Assembly (NCBI GenBank): GCA_002633005.1
Contig: NMRA01000087.1
Span: 62,001 to 126,000, forward strand
Direction: 5' to 3'
DNA from: Phoronis australis
Taxonomy: Eukaryota > Animalia > Phoronida
DNA length: 64,000 nucleotides
A program made the translations under genes and the position numbers. Under the pieces are notes generated by a model. That model did no database searches and had not been told where the DNA came from. It saw only the letters and a list, made by a program, of their open reading frames with translations. Numbering within the stretch: position 1 is the first letter of the stretch; the number at the start of each line of letters is the position of its first letter. Of the stretch, positions 42,601 to 54,600 are shown one piece after another.

Positions 42601-45600
42601 AGCGACACTCTACCACCAACTGGGAGATTCAAAAATCAGGGGGTGGGCGCAACCCTGACCGCAGGCGTTTAAAAATAAAACTATTGAGAGGTCGGGGATT
42701 GGAGCTTACCCAAAATGCTCAATTTGCTCACCCTAGCACTTTAACTCTTTGGCAGACTGCTCTTTATCCAAAAGCAAGTGATACGCCTCCATTTTAGAGG
42801 CTAAAATCATTTTGAGACTGCCGTACCCAGACACTGATACTTTTAAGGAAGTCTTGGATCACATAAATTGGGGTTGAGCGCTAAGCCGTGTGTGGACATT
42901 TTTAAGAGTGAAAAATATGGAATTTTGGTGTGGTTGTTTATTTGAACTTGGGCACCAACTTGGATAAGTACGGTAATAGCAAGGAATCCTAACCATCTCC
43001 AGACAAGCTGTCACTTGGATTTAAAAACTAATCAATGCAGTTAGCACCACAACAACTTTTAATTACCACGCTACTTTACAAGGCTTAAAGCCCATAAACT
43101 TGCCAAGAGAACAGCTTGGCACTCACCTAGTTATGCAATTTTTAAGATTCCATACCTATAAATTCAGATACGAAATCAAAAATCCAACAGAATACAACAA
43201 AACAGACTGTTTGAAATTCCGGAGTAGGTGTGCAGTTCAAGATGTGAATAAGACAAAATAACTAACATGATAAGTGCATAGCCAAATCTCCAGTTCTTTT
43301 GTGAGAAATGTTATTTTTATTCTCATTTTCAGTTTTTTTTCAAATGCTGACAAGTAAGCAAAATTAAACCACAGACATGATAATGAAGACGAGGAATTCC
43401 TTTAATGGCTGACAACATAATATCCCTTGTGGCAGTGTCAAAGACTGGCTGCAACCCAACTCCTAAACAGACCATCTCCCACGTGCCTCCGCTACAAATG
43501 ACAGTGCAGATATTTTGGCAACCAATATAAAAGGTTAATTTAAGTCTTGGATAAATGTTAAAATCGCCAGTAAAAATGGCGGGATCCCTTTCGCAGTTTA
43601 CCAAGAATACTTAGGCCACAAGGCCAGGCCTGTTGTTCTAACTGACCTGACGCAAGCTCCGCCCCCTTGCGTAATGTCGACTAACGAACAATAAGCTTTA
43701 CCCAGCAACGTGTTGTTTGTTGGGTAAAATGGCAGCTTGGAAATGAAGGTGTGTCAAGAATGCTGCATTCTGATTGGTCAATTGAGCAGTCACTCAAAAT
43801 CTTGGCGATAGGTCAATTAACCCATCGCCAGGATTTTGAGTGATGTCATAACTGACCAATCAAAACACAGTATTCTTGACACACCTTCGTTTCCAAGCTG
43901 CCATTTTACCCGACAAACAACATGTCAGGTAAAACTTATTGTTTGTCGACTTTTCGCAAGGGGGCGAATATTAATAGCCGAGTATCATGCTTCAATACAG
44001 TAGTCATCTAAGTTATCAGCAGGTGTCTCTGTCAGTGACAGCTCATGTGTATTCAAATATTCACAATTTAACCACTTGAAGTACCTCACTTCATTTATCA
44101 TCACAGCATATAACCAATCACTTCATCATATTTATGACAATGAGCAATGTAAACAGTTGATATACAACCACCATGTGCACCACAAATATCAAAAATATAA
44201 GGGATCCCAATTGTTGAAAATTTGCCACAAGGGGGCACAGCAGTAGTCAGATCTATCTGAAAGTCAAGGAACACGCCTACTTAATTCCTTCGAGATGAAC
44301 AGAGATTGACATTAGCCACAGACTTATGTCCTGAAATGTTGGATTTTAAGTTTAAAATGGCCATAAAATTTGTGTGATTTTTGTGATACATAAGTACAAT
44401 ATATATATTTGAGAAAGTTAAGATTGACATCCATAAAACTTGCTGAGCAACTTTTCTACGATCACACCATACCACTATAAAATTGTTTTGATTTTGCAAT
44501 ATCTCCCAGGTAAAGTTTTGACTAAAACTGTAAAACTTTGCATTAACAAAGAATACTCTAAAGAGTCTTAATAACCTTATCAGAGTTCGACATTTGCGAC
44601 CTGACAAAATTCACATGTCGACGAACAGAAACAGAGGTCGCAGAACCTCATTGGCAAGAGGCGAAAATAAAATGTGAGATGTGTGAGATATCTGAAGCGA
44701 AAAACGGGCAAACTCAGCAGATGCTTGCTCCAACGGAAAATCAACGGTGACTCATGTGCTCGGTGATTCCCTTCTCGAGCCCAATATCCCGTGCACAGGC
44801 TCACCTCCTGAGGAACAGGAACCCGATCCAGCCCTTTTGATTTTTGCCGAACAGTCTTTTTTACATCTTTTTACTTTCGGTAACATTTTGAGGTTATCCG
44901 GCAAGTAGCGACCTAGGATTTTTATCACGTCGCCAAATAAAATCCCGAGGTCTTATTGACGATCTGCAGGTCACCACATCAAGACCTGTTTATGACTTAT
45001 GTTCAGTCATCGACCATTCAGACAACCTTTTATCATAGAACTTCTAATCTGAAACAACATGCTGATATGGAACTAGCCCACCACATGGGAAATTAGTGGC
45101 ATGTTTTTCAGAGTGCACTTTAGAAATGTCATGAAACAAAGCGGCAGAAGTCAATAATCAAGTGCTGCCATCATGTTCTAATCAGTTAATTTGTAAAGAA
45201 TGGAAAAATATTGAATATCTGGCTCAAAGAGCACAAATGGGACGTCACTTGAAGCCAATCTCCAACTTTATTGGATAAAAGGGTCCGGAGTTAACTAAGG
45301 CGAAATGTAATTGCTTTTATCCATACCTTGTGGTGTTGGTGAAAAGTAAAATATAGTTTAGGCCCGTGTCAAATAAAACTAATCAATCAGAACATTTTAG
45401 TTCATTGGTTTGATAAAATATACATTGCTTCTTAAAATTGATAATTATTAATGCGTAGCTGGCTATTGAAATATCAAAAAATGTCATTTGTATCATGTGA
45501 AACAATGACAGACCACTTCATTAATCATTAATATTCTTTTAGGAACAAACCCAATTCACATCTACCGTACATTATAAAACTTTCACTACATGATCATTGG

Positions 45601-48600
45601 TCAGCCAAGGGCAATACCAAGACTTGGCATTTTGCACAAGAGAGTCTAAGCTTGTGGGCGATTTTTCATTCATTGATGGGAATTTTTGGGCAAAATGAGG
45701 GTAATTTCTTAAGATTTGGGATCAACATTCGATTTAAAAAACGATGCATCGAGGGCCCTGCATTAATAGTCAAAATCTCAACAATTGACAAGAAATTCCC
45801 AAAAAGAAGAAATGAAGCTAATTTAGGTACATGGTAGATAGAAAATGAGCAAATGCTTTGTATTACTGAGCAGAATTATAGAATACATTGTTTTCTCTGG
45901 AAATGAATACCAGTGAGGTAATGCAAAACACAAGAGAGTAGATACATTGGTTCCTGGTTAAACAAACAACCAACAGTAGCAGGCTGTTTGTACCAAAACT
46001 AACATTTGAGAGATCCAACTGACCTGGCCATGTTTGGCAACACTACTTTATGAGAGGACACCTGGTGAAAATATATGAAAAGTGATGATGATGATGGACG
46101 AAGACGGTGACAAATGACGAAGATACAAATTATTATAAGAAAAACAGTTTTGTGGAGTAACACTTGATGAAAAACCATGAGGGTGATGAATTTGATGAGA
46201 TGACCATTAATGATGACGGTGATAAATCAAGAAACAAAGATTTGTACAGAAAATGAGCAATCAATAAAAGTCAAGCAAGGAATAATAAAAGAGCAGTTAG
46301 CAGAACAGGAAATGTCAAATAACTCACAAACAATAGGCCATAATGAGGAACAGATGTAATCTTTAAGAACTTAAGAAGGTAAGTGAAACCGAAGAGCAGA
46401 TGGGATATGCCAAATAGTGCTCAACAAAATCTATTCTCATACCAAGTTTCAAAAAGATCTTTCAAGGGACAACAGAGTCGTAGAAAAGCGAAAGATGGCT
46501 GCCACAGTGCCATCTTGCATCCAATTTCAATCAAAAACAAGCCTTGAACAAAGTGCCATAGTAAGAAAATCATATCTGAAGAATTTGAATGAATTTTTAT
46601 ATGATATTTTTGAAAGGTTTTTATACGTATATAAGGATGTCAGATGAAAATTGACTGATTGAAGGTCACCTGACAATATCTATTTTCACATTAACTCACC
46701 ATTTAACTAATTCACACCAGACATGTGTTTGCTAATTAGCAAAATTAGGTCATCAATATTCTGTGCCTTACTCATTCAATAAAGTAAAATTTGATTGCAG
46801 GTCAAGCACCGCTTATCATGCAACATTTATGACATCACACCCAGAGGGAGCCAGTGATAAAACATGGCCATCGATGCCTCGACTTTAGGGTGCATATCGA
46901 CATCATTACCCCCTCCTCAAAAAAACATTTGAAACAATTTAAAAATCACAAGACATTCCCATTGTCAAGCCTAAAAATTCCCGTTACGATAAAAAATACA
47001 ACCAGTTTCGACCCACATAGACACCACAGAATCAGTGTTTTATTAACTGTAGAAGTCAAGTCAATTGAAGCACTTTTCAGCCATGTGTACAGGAGAGGAT
47101 TTTCTTTTCTCACAGGGCAAAAACTACCTATCTAGAAGGCACAGGCCTTTTGCCCTTCAGGTGAGTGAGAGCCTCGTAAAATCCAACATGATTCAACAAC
47201 AGAAACCAAGAAATCAAGAATTGAAATTAAACAGTCTTAATTCGGGCTTTTTCACACTTCTTAAATCTTAAAGTTTACACCTAACAATCAATCCAACAGT
47301 ATACTATCATCTACAAGTTCAAACTGCGACTCTCATAAAACAAGCTTTGCAGGAAAAAATAAAATTATCGCTCTTTAAGCCGAAGTCTTTTCAAGACATC
47401 ATCGTGCACTGCAGGTGACCAGCGTCCACCACCCCTACTTGACCTCAGTTAAACAGGTGATCATGACAGATCGGGATTTAAGGCACCTATCAGCCTAATC
47501 CCCGTGTCTACTGGACTGGCCACTTGAGGGCTGCACTTATCACCCACAAAGCAAACAGACCGGTTGACCACTGGTATCTTACCAATGAAGTAATCTAGTC
47601 TGGAAGACCAGGTGAAACAAATGCGAATTGTTCTACACATCTGTATGTTCTATTTAAAAACTTCAGGTATAAATATATACAGTCAGTAACAATCTAACAC
47701 CCAGTTTGAGAAAGTATGAGTTACTGTCAATGTTCACCAAAATACACGCATGTGAATTATCAACAAATTCACCTTTGAAAACCTATATTCTGTAGTATCT
47801 GTACTAGTCAGCTTGGGACCCACTCATTCATTTTAAGTGTCTCAATGGAAACACAAATATATTAGCCAAAATACCTGCAATACAGGTACACAATCAAGGA
47901 AAATACCAAGTGAACACAACATGAGTGTGCAGTGGCTGGATGTGCACTCACAGGGGGAAACTAGTAGCCTTCAACAGCCATTTTATTAAAATTATTGACC
48001 ATGAATAAAAATTATGTAATAGACACCGGCTGCATAGTCAGGAGCAACCAGTGTAATGAAAGTAAAGATTAGTTGCTAAAACTTTATATGATCAATTTAA
48101 TCTTTGTTCTTTACGACAGAAAAACCTGTTGTGTAAAGCAAGCTGAAAGTAATTGCTGATAACCGTTCAATGGACTGTAATTTTCAATCCCAACAGTTTA
48201 ACAAAACTAGCGTTGAAATGCGTCCACGACTGTATCGAAAACAATGAGCTTCCAGTGATGTGTATTAAAAAAGGACACCAGGTAGCGCAGAATAAGGTCA
48301 AACTTGTCTGATAATGGAAAGCTCTTCTCGTCTTCCTTACAAAAACCTATTGGAAATTTTTAGGAAAGTCTGTCCCCGAACTCTGAAGAGGCGAACAAAA
48401 CAAATGGAACTGCCACTATGAAGCGCAGCTGTAGTCAGATCCATGCCAAAAGAAGTTGTCACCTGTTGTCAAGTTGCATAGAGATGTACCTGGCATACGT
48501 TCAGTAACGCTGGGACCAACGCTAGGACCTACCTAAAGTCTAGCCAAAGTCACGTGATATTTAAATGCGTGGCAATATCTCATGTAATCTCGCAGTCTTG

Positions 48601-51600
48601 CCTTTTAGCGAGGTCCAAGTGTTACTGAATGGGACGTGGTTATATTACACAAAATTCCTGCAGGAGGTTCAGGAGACGCATATGTGGATGCAAAAAATTG
48701 CCACTAGGGGACACAATGGTAGTTGGATCGGTCACAAACTCGAAGTCATTTGCCGTCAGCTACAAAGGAAAACATCGCAAAATCTCATTAAGACCAAGTA
48801 CCGGGGTTTAGGAGATACAGTAGCTGACCGCCAGACAGACGCCCACAAAGACGTGATAGCAATATGCACCACATATGTATATGTGGGCACATAATAAATG
48901 CATTTAATTGTAATTTAGCACGGAAACTAATATCATTCATATCCAAACCTTGTGATATCTAGATTAAGGAGACAATACTGGACTTCAACACGCTTAGTGT
49001 GGTGAGAACAGGAAATCATATTTCACTTAATTCCATTACAAATTCTGGTGTGCAAGACATTAGGATGGACAGATCCGAGACGAATAAACAATTTCTTTCA
49101 TTCACAGACACGATGATAATTTTGTATAAATATACGTATATGGTGGCGTGCTGACTAGACCTGGAAATGTTTGCGACATTGAAAATTTGTGTAGGAGTAA
49201 TTTGATTGTCCCACCACAAAACAGTGGCAATTTGACGGCAAGAAGGTCGCAGAGAATTCGTAAAAACGGCTGGGGAAACCTCAAGGCATTGTAATCCCAG
49301 AGCTCTGTCCATCATCAACTACCTCTATCGCCTTCTAGTGATAAAAGTTTTTCATTGTCACTGTTACAGTCACCATTTTTCCCTAAGGAAGGTCATGTGA
49401 TCAGAACCTTATCCAATCCAATACAAGGAGAGCCTCAAATGTGGTCTGAATTAACACTTTGCCAACAACAACTGAAGATTCAGTGAGTGCAATGACTCGA
49501 TATCTACAATTAAGACATTACTGCCACATGGGTATGGCCTTGTTAGGGGCCAGGCTAACCTTAATGATGGAAACTAAAACATGCAATCTTGACTTAGGAT
49601 CATAGGCCAGGGATTGAATTTAATACATGCCAATGTTCACTGTTGCCTACAGACTTTGAAATAAAACCACAGAAATGCTGTTTGTCTTAATTAAGACTGC
49701 ACAAATTTCATTGAAATAAAACCACAGAAATGCTGTTGGTCTTAATTAAGACAGTACAAATTTCATGACTTTGTTTTTAGTTTAAGGCATAAGCAGGCGC
49801 ATGTTTGTGTGACAGGAATTTAAGCTCCAACTGGAGATTAATTATGAAAAGACGAAAAATAACGTGTATTGAACCAGAGCTGCAACCTAAAGAGGCCCAC
49901 GAAAATCTGAAGACGTGTAGAAGACACGAGGCTAACTACAGTAGAACATCGATTCTGTATAATGCTACTTATATATGGCACATGAGACTGACAACTGAGT
50001 ATTTTACAAGCAATAGCCTCCTTTCAGATATCAATTACCAACTAATTAATCATTTTCTCTTTACATTTAACTACACATTGTTTCATAGTGAGTCATTGTT
50101 GTTGGCAATAGTCGGATGTGTCGTATTTTGAGAACCAGTTTGATCCCTGTTATTCAGTGGTGAAATCTGGTTCTCAAAATTCGGGCATATTATATCCGTC
50201 CATTAACCATTTGTTTGTTGGCTTACCAGGTGAATTGTAACCAAAACAGCCACAATTTCCTGAAAATTTCCAAGCCATGTGTTACACCCAAGGCACGTGA
50301 CCACAAGATTCCTTCCGTAGATTTTGCATCTATGGAACTCAGCCCTGCTTGACTCCAGATCTTTTATGTGTTCAGTCTAGTACCAAATCAAACATACATT
50401 GCCCTCAACATAAATGCAATTAATCACAGGAGTGGGAATATTACCAAACATAATGACCACAGTGCAATATCTGGGCAGAGATCTCATCTAAATCTGGAGA
50501 CCGAAAAGCAAACATGCCAAATGATCACAGAGAATGCGAAATATTGACCAGAAATAAATTGGAAATCCTTTGGTAAATAGACTAAAGTCTCAGTTTCCCT
50601 TCAGTATTCAGTGCCTCTTGTGAGGTCAATCTTTCACTTCCCAACACATGGACAAAAGGATACTCACAGCTTCCAACAAAAACCAGGTATTAGGATTACA
50701 TAATCAGCTCTCAGACAGGAAAATGGCTCCACCAGGTGGTTTGTCTGGATACTGTTTGATCAGTGAGGAGTCAAGACATGACCATCCAAGCATGCCCAAG
50801 CCAGCTCAAGACTTGTTGAAGGAGAAAAGATGAAGTGCTAAGCTGGAGTGCATTCAGAACAGTACATATGTTGAGGCTGTGCTATGTTTTAAAATGTAAT
50901 TATATCGGCAAGGTGACACTGTCATTGAGACATTACAAGCTTCCATTCAGTAGTAAATGGTAGTATTGTGTCTGCAATGTTCTAGGAAGGCAAATTTCCC
51001 AATGAAAAAGTATGATTATGATCAGGTCCTCAAATGTAAACTGTACATATCGAATACCGTCCCAAGAATATACTGGGCAAGAAATCCGCAAAAGAGATCT
51101 GTCAACCTCAAAAATGTTTTATCATTAAAAGTTCATAATTCTGTTATAGAAATCATTGGCTTGTGAGTGTGAACTGTTATCTGTATACAATTACTAGTAC
51201 ATATCATCAATTACCAACTGCAAAAACCTCATTACCCCACAAATTTCCTCACTCGATATATCAGCATCTTTTAGACTACAGTAGACATTTAAACTTCCAA
51301 AACATCTGTTTGAGCGTCTCCGAGTCTTATTTTGAGGGCAGAATATCTACTCAAGAATAAATTCACACTGGTAGCTAGGACTACCTATGCTGGCTGAATT
51401 ACATATTTTATGCTAATAACTCAAACCAGAATTAAAAAAGAACAACTTCTGATTTAGACTTCTTACAGTTGTGAAATTGGTCTCAACATGTTCCTTACAG
51501 AGGCCCTCGAGGCCTCGATTTTGGTTTTGAATATTAACTCCATTCCGCCCTGAAAAATATTTCAAAATCGTGCAAAATTCGCCTAATCAGACACAAAAGT

Positions 51601-54600
51601 TCTGCTCTAATGATTGAAAATCCGTCTCAAAACTTGTCTCGTACAGTCCCTCTAATTGATGTTGGTGGCAACCTTGGGGCACAATTGGCTTGTCGCTTGT
51701 CATCACCAAGTGTGTGTTCCGCAAATATGAGAACCTTGCACAAATGCAAGATTTCACCTTCAGTGAAATCTATGAAACTCACCAGAGCAGTTCCTGCTTT
51801 TCATAATCAATTTAATCTTGTAAATAACAGAAACTCCATTAACAGGATATTGGCAGGGGGTAAGCATTGGATTAGGCAGTAAGAAAGAATGCCCATCCTA
51901 GGTCGCCCACCTCCGTACTGAGTGACTCATCCCCTGAGTTAATAATCCTCAAACAGTGACTGATGGTGTGGGTATTAACTAGCCAGCATGTCCAAGCAAG
52001 AAAACCCTTGGGCAGTATGGACATGATTACATGATTCTGTCCACACATTGAACAGTGTATCAGGTCAGAACTTGGCAGGGTGTCCACTGGGAAGGGTAGA
52101 CTGTAAAGAGGCTGAACAATCCCTTACCATCTACAGTTTTAAATTAGACCACAGAGTCCTGGAAAAAGCCCTGCAGTTATAGACTAGTTACAAAGGACCC
52201 ATGTCACAAGACAGAGGTCCGTTGCAAAACTCTGACGTCAATTCAAAGAAAATGACCCTGTCTGGACAAGAGAAGAGACACAAGTGATTAACGATTTAAT
52301 TTTCTTTAAATAAACTATTATGGAATTTATTAGAAAAAAATGGCCAAATGACATTTGCCCTTACAATAATCTCACTGGAATGTGCGACTCATTTCACTCA
52401 TTTCTCTGCCACCATTCTTCAAAAATAACCTTCACAGTTTAAAAGAGTGATCTTAATATCAAACGGAGCCGAAATGCCACAAGAACATAATTGTATAATC
52501 CACAATAAATTTCCCCCCAGAGAGTTGGAATGTTGCACAAATAAAGATTTATTTCTCATTTTCATTCAGAGAGAACCAAAACTGTCAAATGGTGGAATAT
52601 TTGATGGCAATCATGGTTAAACAATTTCAGTTTCCCAGGTGTTATGTATTATTACCTTCTTGAAATGAAGTTTAAAAAGCTGACACAATACTGTGTTTCA
52701 ACAAAGCTTCGTGTTAAGTAGCCTCTTAGACATTTCAGCTTTTAATTTTAAGTAAGGATAAAAAATCTAGGATTTCAGATACTGACAACTTCTTAAATGA
52801 ATTGTTCGATTAAAAAACAGCAGGTCTGATTCGAGCATGAAAATTTAAAACAAGAATATGTTGTCACAAACAAATGTAACTAAATCACAGAAATTCTGTC
52901 ATAAAAACCTAACCAATCATACACCAACAAAAACAGAAAATAATATACTTTTAAATACTTTTTTCGGTAAGTTTCATGATTTCAAATCCAAGAAATAATT
53001 ATTCCGCTAAAAACCACATTTCACATAGCTTCATTTTTTTATCACAAACATCTTCTCACTGAGATGTAGATTATTAAAATCGACATCACAGGACAGAGCC
53101 AATGTGCCACAGGAGATAAGACAGCACAAATCAATAAGTAGGTCGAACTGACCACCTTGGATTTTCGCAAGAAATCAAGAACTTGGCAGCCAGAAAGTAA
53201 ATAAAGGTATCGGACCTACCGAGATTTCTTCGCATTGCAGCCATAGTTAGCTCATCTGTTTAAATACGGTGGCTGATTGTATAGGATTTCCAAAGGTTCC
53301 TGCTACTGCAAACATGGTCAATATAGGGGTAAATATAGACACCGCAAAGGTGTTCAAAGTAGACAGGGGGTGATTACATAACGGTGAATTTTTCAATGTG
53401 GCGGCGGGGGGCCCCAAGCTGACACGCAAAAGCCCTTCCTTGATCAAATAAGAATTCGTGAGCAAGTGAAGGAATTTTTAAAGCAAACAGATTTGAAGTG
53501 GATCTAAATTGAAAGTTACACCGCTTTATGGCACTCATAAAAAATCGGTTCAGAACTTATTAAAAACCTTTTATTTCCAATTTAAATCTAATTAACTGTT
53601 CACACTAAAAGGCTTATACCCTTTAACACGATTTAAAGGTTATGACTCCTGGTGTAAAGAGTTGAAACTGGGCTGTAAAAGTCAGGGTAATAGTTCAATG
53701 TGAACAGTGAGCGCAGTTGTAAAAGTTTCGGCCTATTGTGTACGGAATACATTCAATGCCACTGACCTCTTGCAACTAAGTCAGGAACTAGGGTTGTAGT
53801 ACGGTGCTGTAACTCTTGGCATGAATGGAAGCAAATATAACTGTGGAAAAGTTACACAAGCTGGTTTAGTTGGTGTGAACTCAACTTCAGTATTTATAAT
53901 TATCAGCAAGGAGTGATTCCTCCCAATCCTGAGACCTCGCACTCATAGCCAGGGAGGAAACAACTCAGGGTCCACCTGGGGCAGGTGAGTGTAGATCCCA
54001 AGAGTACCGTAAAATGACCCTCCTCAGTAGCACGATAGGCGACACGCCACAACGCCCACAAGTAAACCAGTCTGGGAACCACCAAAGTCAACAGGTATAA
54101 AATCAGCTGAGCACACAACTGTGGAATGTTAGAATAAGTGCTGTTGTGAACACAATAGCTTGGTCATGGAGTGGTGGATTGATAACCAGGAAGGACATAA
54201 ACTATTGAAATCAATTTGATGAACACAAGTGAGCCATCATCACACCTCCTCTATCAGCAGTTTTGTGGGTGTTCTGAGAACAGCAGCTGCTACAGAGTTG
54301 CATAACATCAGGGCTAAAGAGAATATTGAAAATTTCTTTCTACAAAGAAAAAATCTGAAACATCTAAGATTTCAACAGGCACACACTTAAAAAGTATGAA
54401 TTGAAAGTACCTGTATTTTTATCAATTCTATCTCACCAATTTCGGACAAAAATTAAATATTAAAATTACCTTCTTTTAATTTTCAAGTTCGCCTGACTGA
54501 CACTGCTGTAAATGGCCCCAATATTTCAAGATATTGCATAACAGTTGCTATGCTATGCAATTTGAACTTGCCAAGGTATTAATTTGATACTACAGATCTT

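Noticed and set aside
33729-43140. AG|GT(A/G)AG motifs on the minus strand (~33735, ~40681, ~43126) as recursive splice sites
   Set aside because: Polypyrimidine tracts are weak, one site lies within a MITE, and a few such motifs are expected by chance in 39 kb. A saw-tooth nascent RNA-seq profile would be needed.
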